Source: Candidatus Marinacidobacterales bacterium (GTDB lineage Bacteria > Acidobacteriota > Vicinamibacteria > Marinacidobacterales > DATDRI01). From it: a stretch of DNA of 64,000 nucleotides. Positions 8,358-17,947 of the stretch are shown in pieces. Location: assembly GCA_965226495.1 (NCBI GenBank), contig OZ245365.1, forward strand, positions 2,976,001 to 3,040,000, written 5' to 3'. The position numbers were made by a program, and so were the translations under genes. The notes under the pieces were generated by a model. That model was not told the origin of the DNA. It worked only from the letters and a program-made list of their open reading frames with translations, and did not search any database. Position 1 is the first letter of the stretch. Every line of letters starts with the position of its first letter.

Positions 8358-9563
8358 CTATCGGCGGCGGTTGCGGGCTTCGAATTTTTGGAACTTCTGA
8401 ACTGAAGCGATTTCGCTCAAGCCCTCGCGGATCAGCGATTCGACGTCTGGGCTCGGCTTCAAATCGAGCGCATCCATGAGATGCTGGTAGGCGGCGGTCG
8501 GCTCCCGGAAGGCGTGAAGCTGCAGGAGACCAGCATAGGCGTGCGCCTCGGCGGCACCTTGGCCCGCCGGATAGTCTCGGAGATGGCGCTGATAGACGGT
8601 GAGCGCCGCCCTGGCGTGCCCGTTCTGCGCCAGCCAATTGCCCAATGCGATCGAGTCATCTGGCTCGAGGAGTCCACGCGTTACGTTGGACGATAGCTCG
8701 AAGTAGAGTTTCGCCGCCTCATCGAACTGCTGTCCCTCAATCGCGGCGGCGACTTTTTTCCGAATGGGCGGTGCCTCCGTCTTCGGTACGCGTCGAGCGC
8801 GAAACTCTTCCGGACGCGAGCTGACCTTGCGAAGACCGGCGACCCAAGCAACCAAAACCCCCGCGAGAAAGCCGCCGATGTGCGCGCCGTGCGCCACGCC
8901 CCCGCCACCTCCTCGCGAGATCAGAAAAGGGAAAATATTGTCGAGGATGAGGTAGACCCCCAGCACCAGGCGCGAGCGCAACAGCATCGTCTGCATGATG
9001 AAAGGAAAAAAGAAAATGAAGACCCGCACTTTGTTGTGAGGAAACCATAGGAAGTAGAATCCGAGCACTCCGGAAATCGCCCCCGATGCACCCACCAAGG
9101 GAAGCGGCGACCGACCGGCGAACATCCCGTAGAACACGGTGGCAGCGACGCCGGTCGCCAAGTACCAAAATAGGTACTTGAAGGATCCCAGCCGGTGCTC
9201 CACGTTGTCTCCGTAGATCCACAGAAACAACATGTTTCCGAAGAGATGCATGAAGCCGCCGTGGAGGAACATCGCAGTGAAAAGCGTGATCAGAGAAGGG
9301 TCTACGCTTCGAAAGCCCCACGAGAAGACAACCAAGTCGTAGGCCGATATCTGTTGAATGACTTGGGTCGGCGATACGCCGGGCGGGAGGCTTTCACTCA
9401 CCGCGTTCACGTACTCCTGGACCCTCGGGTCCTGCGGGTCGGCGGCATTGAAACTGAGGGGTAGCGAGATGAGAACGTAGACAACAACGTTAACGGCGAT
9501 GAGAGCGTAGTTTACGTACGGAACGCCTTGGGGATTGGGCTCGTCTCCTAGCGGCAAAAACAT
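8358..9563 (-). CDS. Rhomboid family intramembrane serine protease with C-terminal TPR-like domain
   Basis: MFLHGGFMHLFGNM, GASG (catalytic Ser), AHIGG (catalytic His), helical C-terminal repeats. Confidence 0.92.
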   Translation of the reverse strand: MFLPLGDEPNPQGVPYVNYALIAVNVVVYVLISLPLSFNAADPQDPRVQEYVNAVSESLPPGVSPTQVIQQISAYDLVVFSWGFRSVDPSLITLFTAMFLHGGFMHLFGNMLFLWIYGDNVEHRLGSFKYLFWYLATGVAATVFYGMFAGRSPLPLVGASGAISGVLGFYFLWFPHNKVRVFIFFFPFIMQTMLLRSRLVLGVYLILDNIFPFLISRGGGGGVAHGAHIGGFLAGVLVAWVAGLRKVSSRPEEFRARRVPKTEAPPIRKKVAAAIEGQQFDEAAKLYFELSSNVTRGLLEPDDSIALGNWLAQNGHARAALTVYQRHLRDYPAGQGAAEAHAYAGLLQLHAFREPTAAYQHLMDALDLKPSPDVESLIREGLSEIASVQKFQKFEARNRRR

Positions 9564-9580
9564 GGCGTGCTCTCGGCCCC

Positions 9581-11083
9581 CTACCGGTAGTAGCGTCCAA
9601 GAACGGCGCGGCCCGACTTGGCACCGGCTACCGTTTCGCTGTCTCGCACGACGAACGTGCCATTCACTAACACGTGCTCGATCCCCTTCGAAAAGCTCAA
9701 GCCCTTTTCGAAGGTGGCGGTGTCCAGTATCTTATACGGATCGAAGACGGTGATGTCGGCGTCGCCGCCCACCTTGACACGCCCTTTATTCAACATGGAA
9801 GGAGCGATCCCCTCCAACCGCCGAGCCGGCATCAGCGTCATCTTGCGGAGGCCTTCCATCAACGTCAGGACTCCTTGTTCGCGGACGTATCGGCCGAGGA
9901 CCCGAGAGAAAGTACCGGCGCCGCGCGGGTGGGCGCCGGGCGCATAGGGCATGCCATCCGAGCCCACCATCACGAAGGGAGTACTCATCGCGAGCTCGAT
10001 CCATTCCGGCTTCATCATGTGGATGATGACCACGCCCCCCTTCTCTCGGTACGTTTCGAAGGCTTCCTTGTTGAGTCGCTCTCCCGTATCTTGCCACTGA
10101 AGATCCTCGTAGGAGATCTGCAGGCGCTCTCGCCATCCCTCGTCGAAAATCGCCGATTGCAAGAAGGTGGACGCGGCGGTGTAAGGATAGGCTTCCGTGG
10201 TCACGTCCAAACCCCTCTGCTGCGCCCCCGCAATTAACTCGAGAACAGTCGGCAGCTCCCAGAGACTCATGCTGTTGACGTGGACGATGTGGAGAGACGC
10301 GCCGGTCGCAGCCGCGTTGGCAATCACCTCTTGCATCGCATCGATCCTCATGGCCCGGACGTGAGTGAAGATCGGAACCTCCCAGTCTCCGGCCATTTCA
10401 AAGACCCGATAGACCTCCTCACGCGTTGCCCCCGGGAAGTATTGATGCTCCATGCCAATTCCGAGGGCACCTTCGCGGAGCCCTAACTCCAGTTTTTCCT
10501 TCAAGCGAGAGAGCCCCTCGAGACCCAGGGGCTCATAGGCACCTTTCATGAGCGCCAAGTAGTCAGCGTCCTCGAAGAGTCGATTCCCCAACTCCCTTCG
10601 AACCTTGTTCGCCAACGCTTCGAATTCCGGCATCACGGTGGTCCGCACCATGCCGTGGCCGACGCTGGCACCAAAGTTGATGAGCGCCTTCCCCTCCCGC
10701 GAGCGGATGAAGGCGCCGACGAACGGCATCCCCCCTTCGAGCTCGAGCGCCGTGGTGACGCCGTCGTGAACCTGAAACTCATTGGCTTCGTTGGTTTGGC
10801 CGTGGGCGTGCAGGTCGATGAAACCCGGGGCGACGACCAAACCCCGGACATCGAGGACGGTTACACCCTCGAGAGGTTGGGCGGAAATCTCAGAAATCCG
10901 ATCGCCGCGGATGCCGACGTAGCGGACGGCATCCAGACCGCTCTCCGGATCCATCACCCGACCACCGGCCAGGACGATATCGAACTGTGTTGGCGGAGAT
11001 TGTGAGCAGAGGCCACGCGCGGGAAACACGCATAAGCCGACCAGAGACAAAGTGAAAAAGTAACGGCGGGTGAGTCTTCGCAT
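9581..11083 (-). CDS. Amidohydrolase, N-acyl-D-amino-acid/D-glutamate deacylase-like, exported
   Basis: PGFIDLHAH, GSDG, HPRGAGTFSRVLG; N-terminal signal peptide. Confidence 0.88.
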   Translation of the reverse strand: MRRLTRRYFFTLSLVGLCVFPARGLCSQSPPTQFDIVLAGGRVMDPESGLDAVRYVGIRGDRISEISAQPLEGVTVLDVRGLVVAPGFIDLHAHGQTNEANEFQVHDGVTTALELEGGMPFVGAFIRSREGKALINFGASVGHGMVRTTVMPEFEALANKVRRELGNRLFEDADYLALMKGAYEPLGLEGLSRLKEKLELGLREGALGIGMEHQYFPGATREEVYRVFEMAGDWEVPIFTHVRAMRIDAMQEVIANAAATGASLHIVHVNSMSLWELPTVLELIAGAQQRGLDVTTEAYPYTAASTFLQSAIFDEGWRERLQISYEDLQWQDTGERLNKEAFETYREKGGVVIIHMMKPEWIELAMSTPFVMVGSDGMPYAPGAHPRGAGTFSRVLGRYVREQGVLTLMEGLRKMTLMPARRLEGIAPSMLNKGRVKVGGDADITVFDPYKILDTATFEKGLSFSKGIEHVLVNGTFVVRDSETVAGAKSGRAVLGRYYR

Positions 11084-11090
11084 CTTCTTG

Positions 11091-12659
11091 CTAGTTCAAA
11101 TCAGAGAACGTGGTCTCTGCCTTTTCGATGAAGGGACCTCGCCAATTCGGGAACCGGTCCCGAAAAATATGGTCCCGTCCGTAATGCTCCTCGAGAAGCC
11201 GTCCCTTGGCCGTCCCTCCCTTCCAGAGGTCATACTCGGGGACCGCGTACGTCTCGAAGAAGGCGGTCAATCTCTTGTCGAGCGCTTCGACGATCTCTCG
11301 GTAGGCGGGATCGCCTACTAGATTGACGGTTTCACCGGGATCGGCCTCCATGTCAAAGAGGGTATCGGGCTCCTCTCGATCGAAACGCTTCATGTACTTC
11401 CACTTGGGCGTTCGGACCACCCGCAAGGTGACGAACTCGAAAAAGACGGCATCCCCAAGGTCTAGATCCTCTCCACGTAGGAGTGGCACGTAGCTCTTCC
11501 CCGGTGTGTTCTCGACCGTCATTTCACTCATCCCGAGATAATCGAGGACGGTCGGGAAAAAGTCGTATTGCCCGACGAGTCGATCCGTCTCAGCGCCTGC
11601 AGGAATACGCCCCCGGTGTCGAAAGACCAAAGGAACCTGCATATGGACGTTCGAGACCGTAAATGGAAACGACCAGGAAGTGTTACCCCAGAAGCCATGC
11701 TGCCCGTAAGAGGCCGCCTGGTCAGACGTATAGATGACCAGCGTATTGTCATCGAAGCCGTGCTGGCCGAGCGCCTCCATCACTCTCCCCACTCCATCGT
11801 CGACCATGGTCGTCTCGGACGCAGTGTTGATGACTGCGGCTCGGTTGGTAAGCGCATCGATCGCCTTCGCCGCCGTCGTTCCTTCGTCGATCATCACGTC
11901 CGACGGTCCTCTGCCTCGCGCCCATCTCATCACATAAGGATGGGGTGTGGACTCCCGGGCGAAGTCGGGCGTGTGCGCCTCGTAATAAGCCGCGTGACGG
12001 GTTCGCGGCTCCATGTTCACGGTGGGAGGCAGCATGTACGGGCCGTTGTAAGAGAGGTACAAGAAGAAGGGCCTGTCGTCGGTCTGGCGCGAAATGAAGT
12101 CGACCGCCTTGTCGGTCCAGAAATCGGTGAGATGCTTCGCGACCGTGTACGTTTCGCCGTTGTCGATGACCGACTGGTCGTAGAAGGTCGTGGTGTGCCC
12201 GGAGGGAAACGTGACCCCATACTGGAAGCCAAGCTGCGGCTTGGCAGCCTCCCCTAGATGATACTTGCCGACGAGACCGGTGCTGTAACCGGCCTCGGAC
12301 AGGGTCTGGGGCAAGGAGCGGAATTCCTCGATGCCCGACCACCCGGAAACGTCGGTGGCGCCTGGAAGAGCTACGTGGATACCGGTCTGAGACGGGATGA
12401 GCCCGGTTAGCAGTGTCGCCCGTGTCGGAGAACACACGCCATTCACCGCGAAGGCGTAATTGAATCGGATCCCTTCCTCGGCCAAACGATCGATGTTCGG
12501 TGTCTTGATCTCGTTGTTGCCATAGGTACCGAGCAACGAATGACTCTGGTTGTCCGAGAGGATCAGAACTAGATTGGGAGGACTGGACGAGTCTTCTGTG
12601 GCGCAGCCGAACGTCCCGACCACGGCTAGAAGAGAGAGGAAGTCGCGTATTCGAGGCAA
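11091..12659 (-). CDS. Sulfatase (formylglycine-dependent), probable lipoprotein
   Basis: PNLVLILSD, CSPTR formylglycine motif, GKYHL. Start is uncertain: TTG 12659 precedes a lipobox-like VGTFGC, and the ORF track starts at 12815. Confidence 0.88.
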   Translation of the reverse strand: MPRIRDFLSLLAVVGTFGCATEDSSSPPNLVLILSDNQSHSLLGTYGNNEIKTPNIDRLAEEGIRFNYAFAVNGVCSPTRATLLTGLIPSQTGIHVALPGATDVSGWSGIEEFRSLPQTLSEAGYSTGLVGKYHLGEAAKPQLGFQYGVTFPSGHTTTFYDQSVIDNGETYTVAKHLTDFWTDKAVDFISRQTDDRPFFLYLSYNGPYMLPPTVNMEPRTRHAAYYEAHTPDFARESTPHPYVMRWARGRGPSDVMIDEGTTAAKAIDALTNRAAVINTASETTMVDDGVGRVMEALGQHGFDDNTLVIYTSDQAASYGQHGFWGNTSWSFPFTVSNVHMQVPLVFRHRGRIPAGAETDRLVGQYDFFPTVLDYLGMSEMTVENTPGKSYVPLLRGEDLDLGDAVFFEFVTLRVVRTPKWKYMKRFDREEPDTLFDMEADPGETVNLVGDPAYREIVEALDKRLTAFFETYAVPEYDLWKGGTAKGRLLEEHYGRDHIFRDRFPNWRGPFIEKAETTFSDLN

Positions 12660-12774
12660 TGGATTGCTTCCTTGGCATTCGTGCGCGATTATCGTAATGG
12701 CCGCGCCGAAGCGCGCAGAATACCCGTGAGCCTTCTTAGTAGCAAGAGCGTTCCCTCGACGGGGATCGAAGTGT

Positions 12775-13227
12775 CTAGCTGAGGAAATCGGCTGGATCGA
12801 CACGCTGCACTTCATTCACGGTGTCGAAATCGCTATCGGTGGACAGGAGCCGGCGCAGTCCTCCCTCCTCCATCGCGGCGATATGGATGGCATCCCGGGC
12901 GGTGATGCTGCCGTATTGGAGCAAGAGCTCGCGGGCCCGCGCGGTGGTTCGCTCCGACACCGAGAGTACCTCGTCGCACAATTGTGTCGCCGCGCTGTAG
13001 ACCTCGCGAGCGACCTCGGGCTTCTGAAGGGTGAAATAGCGGTGCAGAATCTCCTGCAGGACCTCCGAGTCCGTTACCAGGCTCACCCGTTGATCGACCG
13101 CTGCTTGTAGCGCGGCCCGACAAGACTCACGGAGAGAGTGAGGCCCACCCGCAGCGTACATCAGAACATTGGCGTCGAGGAAGTAGGCGTCAGGCTTTGT
13201 TTTTCCCGATGTCCGTCTTGAGACCAC
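12775..13227 (-). CDS. vapC: PIN-domain toxin (VapC family)
   Basis: FLDANVLMY...EVLQEIL...RDAIHIA...STDSDFD acidic PIN residues. Start uncertain (GTG 13227). Confidence 0.9.
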   Translation of the reverse strand: MVSRRTSGKTKPDAYFLDANVLMYAAGGPHSLRESCRAALQAAVDQRVSLVTDSEVLQEILHRYFTLQKPEVAREVYSAATQLCDEVLSVSERTTARARELLLQYGSITARDAIHIAAMEEGGLRRLLSTDSDFDTVNEVQRVDPADFLS

Positions 13228-13459
13228 CGTACTGCTGCTTCCAGTCGCCGTAGATTTCAGGAGCCGCCGTCGGTGCAAGCGAAAGGAGCTTCTGCAGCGC
13301 CCTCCGCTTGACCCGCTCCGCCTCAGGCGTGAGGCAATACTTCTGGATTGACTCGCGGACCAAACCCGCGAGCTTCTTGCCGTCCCTGCGCGCGATGCGT
13401 AACAACTCCTGATACTGCGCTTCGTCGAGTGTCACTTGGATCTTCTTGGTTTTGGACAC
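13190..13459 (-). CDS. Ribbon-helix-helix (CopG-like) antitoxin
   Basis: KKIQVTLDEAQYQELLRIA...LAGLVRESI; small gene immediately upstream of and overlapping the PIN gene; AGGAG RBS. Confidence 0.85.
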   Translation of the reverse strand: MSKTKKIQVTLDEAQYQELLRIARRDGKKLAGLVRESIQKYCLTPEAERVKRRALQKLLSLAPTAAPEIYGDWKQQYGGLKTDIGKNKA

Positions 13460-13476
13460 TTTACTCTCCTGCTAAA

Positions 13477-13518
13477 AGGGTATAAATATTTGACACATGT
13501 GTCAAGTCTTTTGTGTCA
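13477..13518 (-). promoter_or_regulatory. Toxin-antitoxin promoter with palindromic operator
   Basis: Minus strand TTGACA (13505-13500), 17 nt, TACCCT (13482-13477). Perfect 16-bp palindrome TTGACACATGTGTCAA at 13490-13505 and an extra TGACACA half-site at 13518-13512. Confidence 0.8.
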
Positions 13519-13784
13519 CTTAATTTATTGAAACCCCAGGCCAATCGGGCTCGTGAACGAGAGAGAGGCCCAGGACGACCGCGCGAACTCGTGTTTTATG
13601 AAGGAATTAGGCGTATCGACGCCTGGAGCCGGCGGTGATGGAGCCAAACTAGGAAATTGCCGCCAGATACAGGTGGCCAGGCGCCGGTGTTTTGCTGGGC
13701 CTTGTGGTACGATTTAGGGTGGAAGGCCCGCCCCTAGGCCTGCGTGCCGCGAGGCTAACAAGCCGCTGAAAGCAGCTTTCGAAA

Positions 13785-14528
13785 ATGGCAGCCATACCTA
13801 GGCGGATCGATCTGCCCGTCCCCTACCCGGTACTCTTGAAATCGGCCCTCACTTCCGGCCGCGGGCAGCTCGTCAACGTCTCTTCGGATGGTGTCTACGT
13901 CGCCACGCGGATGCTTCTCCTCCCCCAGGCGCAGGTGAGCATGCTCATCATCCTGCCGGAGATGAAACATTCCATGAAGGCTGAGGCGCTCGTTACGTGG
14001 GAGAACCGAGGGGCCGTGCGTCGCGGAGGTTTACCTCCGGGCTACGGGCTGCGCTTTATCAAGCTCCCCGAGGAGACCGCGCACAAGATCCGGGAGCTTC
14101 TGGACACGGCAACGGATCCGTCGCCCACGATGCCCGTAGGACAGAAATACAGCGACTACTTTCAAGCCGAGGAAGAGCAACCCGAGGGGCCTCCCTATCC
14201 ACTCCAGGAGGAATCGCTTCTCCACCACGCTACCGACCAACCCGGAATATTCTCGCTTTCATACGACCGGACCCAGGAGGCATGGGTTGGCAGGGCGGAC
14301 CACAGTCTTCGAGGTACTCTCGCGAGCTTCGTCGGCGAGTATGCCTACTTCTACTGTGAGGTCATCGAGGACGCGACGGAGCGCTTCCATAGCGAGTGCA
14401 AGAGCTATCACCGCCTGGGAGGCGAGCGGGGGCAGCTAGACAACCTAGACCATCCCACACCACCTTCAGGTTCCGGCCTCGAGTGTCCCGTCTGTGTGCA
14501 AACCGCGCCGGCGCCGCCACGCGCTTAG
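13785..14528 (+). CDS. PilZ-domain protein with C-terminal GIY-YIG-like/Cys-His domain
   Basis: PRRID...NVSSDGVYV...VTW...GYGLRF is PilZ-like. The C-terminus reads PGIFSL...WVGRAD..LRGTL...EC..YH...DN..HP...CPVC. Confidence 0.7.
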   Translation: MAAIPRRIDLPVPYPVLLKSALTSGRGQLVNVSSDGVYVATRMLLLPQAQVSMLIILPEMKHSMKAEALVTWENRGAVRRGGLPPGYGLRFIKLPEETAHKIRELLDTATDPSPTMPVGQKYSDYFQAEEEQPEGPPYPLQEESLLHHATDQPGIFSLSYDRTQEAWVGRADHSLRGTLASFVGEYAYFYCEVIEDATERFHSECKSYHRLGGERGQLDNLDHPTPPSGSGLECPVCVQTAPAPPRA

Positions 14529-15685
14529 CCACTCCTTCTCATCACGAACTCCGGTTTGATCTCTCGGAGGGATGGCGTGCCTGCAAGCTGCATCGCGCGG
14601 ACGAGCTCGGCACGCAGAAGATCGAGCACTTGTTCAACGCCAGACTGACCAAAGGCGGAAAGCCCCCACACGTAGGGTCGGCCGATGCAGATGGCGGCGG
14701 CGCCAAGAGCCAATGCCTTGAAGATGTCGGTTCCTCGGCGGAAGCCACCATCGATGAGAACCGGGAGCCGACCTTGAACGGCCTCCAAGACTTCCGGCAA
14801 GCATTCCATGGTCCCCCGGTTGCTCTCTTCCTGTCGGCCACCATGGTTGGAAACGATGAGCCCGTCCGCACCGTGCTCCACAGAAAGCTTGGCATCTTCG
14901 CGCGTCACGATTCCCTTGAGAAGAACCTTCATTCGAGTATTCGCCTTCAACCAGGCGACGAAGTCCCAGCTCAGACTCGGATCGCCAATGGAACTCGGGA
15001 GCGGTTTGCCCCTGAAGTTCCCCACCGGATCGGGATCAGATGACAGCAGCGCAGGAATGTAGCCGATTGCCCGCTCCCGGCTAGCGATGACCGGCAGGTC
15101 TACGGTGAGAGCAACGACCGGACAGCCCGCTGCCTCCGCTTGACGCAGCAGGTCCCGAGTCGCATCCCGATCCGTGGTTGGATAAAGCTGAAACCAGACC
15201 GGCCGGCCACTCGCTTCCGCGATCTCGCCGATCGAATAACTGGAGGCGGTGGAGGCGATCATCAAATGTTTCTTCGCGGCTGCGCCTCGAGCGGAAGCCA
15301 ACTCCCCTTCCGGATGCATGGGCCGTTGCAACCCCACCGGCGCCAGGATAATCGGCGTCTCATGAGTTTCCCCAAACAACCGCATACTCGTGTCGACCTT
15401 GCTCACATCCACGAGTCGTCGAACGCGTAGTTGCAACCGATCAAAGGCCTCGCGATTGGCACGCATCGTTTTCTCATCGTCGGCCCCACCCGCAATGAAG
15501 TTGTAGACCGGCTTGGGCAGCCTGCCTCGTGCCACGGGCTCGAACTGGAAGACATTTATGGCTTCCGCAGCGGTACCGGGAAGCTCTTCCTGGAGCGCGT
15601 TCGCGAGGCCGGTCGCGAAGTAGCCGATAAGTGGTGAGTAGGCCAAGAACCGCAAGAACTCTCTGCGAGGGTTTGCCTCCATCAC
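14525..15685 (-). CDS. FMN-dependent alpha-hydroxy acid oxidase/dehydrogenase, Tat-exported
   Basis: SNHGGRQ, DGGFRRGTD, GRPY; PRREFL Tat motif. Confidence 0.92.
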   Translation of the reverse strand: MMEANPRREFLRFLAYSPLIGYFATGLANALQEELPGTAAEAINVFQFEPVARGRLPKPVYNFIAGGADDEKTMRANREAFDRLQLRVRRLVDVSKVDTSMRLFGETHETPIILAPVGLQRPMHPEGELASARGAAAKKHLMIASTASSYSIGEIAEASGRPVWFQLYPTTDRDATRDLLRQAEAAGCPVVALTVDLPVIASRERAIGYIPALLSSDPDPVGNFRGKPLPSSIGDPSLSWDFVAWLKANTRMKVLLKGIVTREDAKLSVEHGADGLIVSNHGGRQEESNRGTMECLPEVLEAVQGRLPVLIDGGFRRGTDIFKALALGAAAICIGRPYVWGLSAFGQSGVEQVLDLLRAELVRAMQLAGTPSLREIKPEFVMRRSG

Positions 15686-15810
15686 TCCTCCCTACCGTTG
15701 TAACTGGGATTCGACACTCGCCTCGGAAAAACCCCAGATGCTTACGTGCGGCTCGACAGCCAACCCGACTCCCACGAGAAGTACGCCCACCACGGGGAGA
15801 ATGAGTTTCA

Positions 15811-16572
15811 TTATCGGCTGGCGAGTCCGCCAGCGGTTTCTCCGCCGTCCATCGTATAAACATGTCCGGTAATAAAGGCCGCATCGTCGGAGGCGAGGAA
15901 GGCGAAGAGAGCGGCGATTTCCTCAGGCTTGGCATGGCGGCCCAGCGGTATCTTTTGATTCACCGCGCGCAGCTCCTCTTCGGAGTATTCGGCTTGCTGC
16001 ATCGGCGTCAGGACGTAGCCGGGGGCGACCGCGTTGACTCGCACCTTCGGCGCAAGCTCGAGCGCCATCGATCTCGTGAGCGCGATGACACCGGCTTTGC
16101 TCGCGTTGTAGTCGGCGTAGTACGGATAACCGAAGCGACCGTTGGTCGATGCGGTGTTCAGGATAACGCCACCTTCTCCCTCAACCCCCTCAATCATGCT
16201 GCGCGCTGCGGCCTGCGCCACGTAGAAGACTCCGGTGAGATTGACCGCAAGGACACGATCCCATTCCTCGGCGGTGATATCCAAGAAAGAGTGGCGGATA
16301 CTAATCCCCGCGTTATTGATCACGACGTCGACGCCGCCCATGACATCTTTCGCCTCGCCGAAGGCGCCCCGAACCTGGTCTAGGTTCGAAACGTCGCAAA
16401 CGATTGAGCCAGCGAGCTCCGGAACCCCGTCAGCGAACTTCCTTCCCGCCTCTTCGTCGCGATCCAGAATCACCGTCCGTGCCCCTTCCTCAAGGAAGCG
16501 ATGGGCAGTTGCCGCGCCGATGCCGCTCGCACCGCCGGTGATCAGGACCCTCTTTCCCGTCAGACCTCGCAT
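15811..16572 (-). CDS. Short-chain dehydrogenase/reductase (SDR)
   Basis: TGGASGIG, NNAG, YNASK. Confidence 0.93.
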   Translation of the reverse strand: MRGLTGKRVLITGGASGIGAATAHRFLEEGARTVILDRDEEAGRKFADGVPELAGSIVCDVSNLDQVRGAFGEAKDVMGGVDVVINNAGISIRHSFLDITAEEWDRVLAVNLTGVFYVAQAAARSMIEGVEGEGGVILNTASTNGRFGYPYYADYNASKAGVIALTRSMALELAPKVRVNAVAPGYVLTPMQQAEYSEEELRAVNQKIPLGRHAKPEEIAALFAFLASDDAAFITGHVYTMDGGETAGGLASR

Positions 16573-16598
16573 GTCACCCCCGCCCGCTCACTGCTCCC

Positions 16599-17930
16599 TC
16601 ACTCGCTGCGGGCTAGATCGTCCAACGACTCGCCGATTGCAACCACGGCGGCGTCGATGTCGGCGTCCTGGTGGGCCAGACAGGTTACCGAGTGGAGGGC
16701 GGCGGAGGGGCTGATGTAAACGCCTCGCCGAATCAGGCTGTGGGCGAAGCGCTTGAACTTGGCCGCATCTACATGTGCACAGTAATCGCGATAGTTTCGA
16801 ATGACAGGTTGTTCCGTGAACATCACCTGAAGCATCGGGCCGACTCCCTGAACGATCGCCTTCACCCCGCTAGCCTCGATGGCATCAGCGATTCCCTTCT
16901 GTAGCCTCACCCCCAATTCGTGAAGACGTCGAAAGCCACGATTATCGTCTCGCGTCAGCTCGTCGAGACTCGCCTGCACGATGTGCAGCCCGAGCCGAGG
17001 GGCGTTCTGCGTGCCGTAGTGAAGCACGCCGCCCCATCGAAAACCATCCATGATCTCGGCAGAGCCGCTGATCGCAGCCACCGGGTAGCCGCAACCGAGT
17101 GCTTTACCGAAGGTCGTAATGTCGGGTCGAACGTCATAGATCTCGGCGCAACCGCCCGCGGCGACGCGAAAGCCGGTCACCGTTTCGTCCATGATCATGA
17201 GGATCTTGCGATCCCGCGTCAGTTCCCGAACGTGTTTCAAGAAGCCTGGTTCCGGAGGAATGACTCCGATGTTCGCCATGATCCCTTCGGTGATCACCGC
17301 AGCAAGCTGCCCCGAGTGAGAATCGATCGCGCGCTCGAGGGCGTCGGGGTCGTTCCAAGGAACGACGATGGTGTTGGCGAACGCTTCCGAAGGCACGCCC
17401 GAGCTGTCTGGAATCGTCACCGGATCATGAGGATGCCCGAGGGAACTGATGGCATGAGGGTGAGAGCTGAGCAGAAAATCATCGTACCAACCATGGTAGT
17501 GCCCCTCGAATTTGATGAATTTGCTCCGTCCGGTGATGCCGCGCGCCAGACGAATGGCTGCCATGGCGGCTTCGGTGCCGGTGTTCGCGAATCGGATCCT
17601 CTCTGCACCGGGGACCATGCCCACGAGTTTTTCTGCAACTTCCACTTCGACCGCCGACGCAGTGGCGAAGAGGCTTCCCCCGGAGATCGTGTCGCGGACC
17701 GTCTCGACGATTCGCGGATGGGCATGCCCTAAGGGCAAGGCCCCATAAGCGAGCATGAGATCGATATACTCGTTGCCATCGACGTCATAGAGTCGGCATC
17801 CTTCGCCCCGATCCATAAAGATTGGATGGGGTTCGTAATTGATGCGTCCCCGCGATGGTGAGCTTACGCCTTCGACCAAGACATCGAGAGCTCGCGTATA
17901 CCACTCGGCCGATTTGTCCGTTGGAACCAT
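16599..17930 (-). CDS. Class III PLP aminotransferase (glutamate-1-semialdehyde aminomutase-like)
   Basis: DVDGNEYID, NTGTEA, FEGHYHG, DETVTGFR, FGKALG. Start at ATG 17930. Confidence 0.9.
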   Translation of the reverse strand: MVPTDKSAEWYTRALDVLVEGVSSPSRGRINYEPHPIFMDRGEGCRLYDVDGNEYIDLMLAYGALPLGHAHPRIVETVRDTISGGSLFATASAVEVEVAEKLVGMVPGAERIRFANTGTEAAMAAIRLARGITGRSKFIKFEGHYHGWYDDFLLSSHPHAISSLGHPHDPVTIPDSSGVPSEAFANTIVVPWNDPDALERAIDSHSGQLAAVITEGIMANIGVIPPEPGFLKHVRELTRDRKILMIMDETVTGFRVAAGGCAEIYDVRPDITTFGKALGCGYPVAAISGSAEIMDGFRWGGVLHYGTQNAPRLGLHIVQASLDELTRDDNRGFRRLHELGVRLQKGIADAIEASGVKAIVQGVGPMLQVMFTEQPVIRNYRDYCAHVDAAKFKRFAHSLIRRGVYISPSAALHSVTCLAHQDADIDAAVVAIGESLDDLARSE

Positions 17931-17947
17931 TGCACTCCCCTCGACGT

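Noticed and set aside
16599-17930. Assigning the symbol hemL
   Set aside because: Family motifs fit, but there is no tetrapyrrole context and the sequence is divergent.
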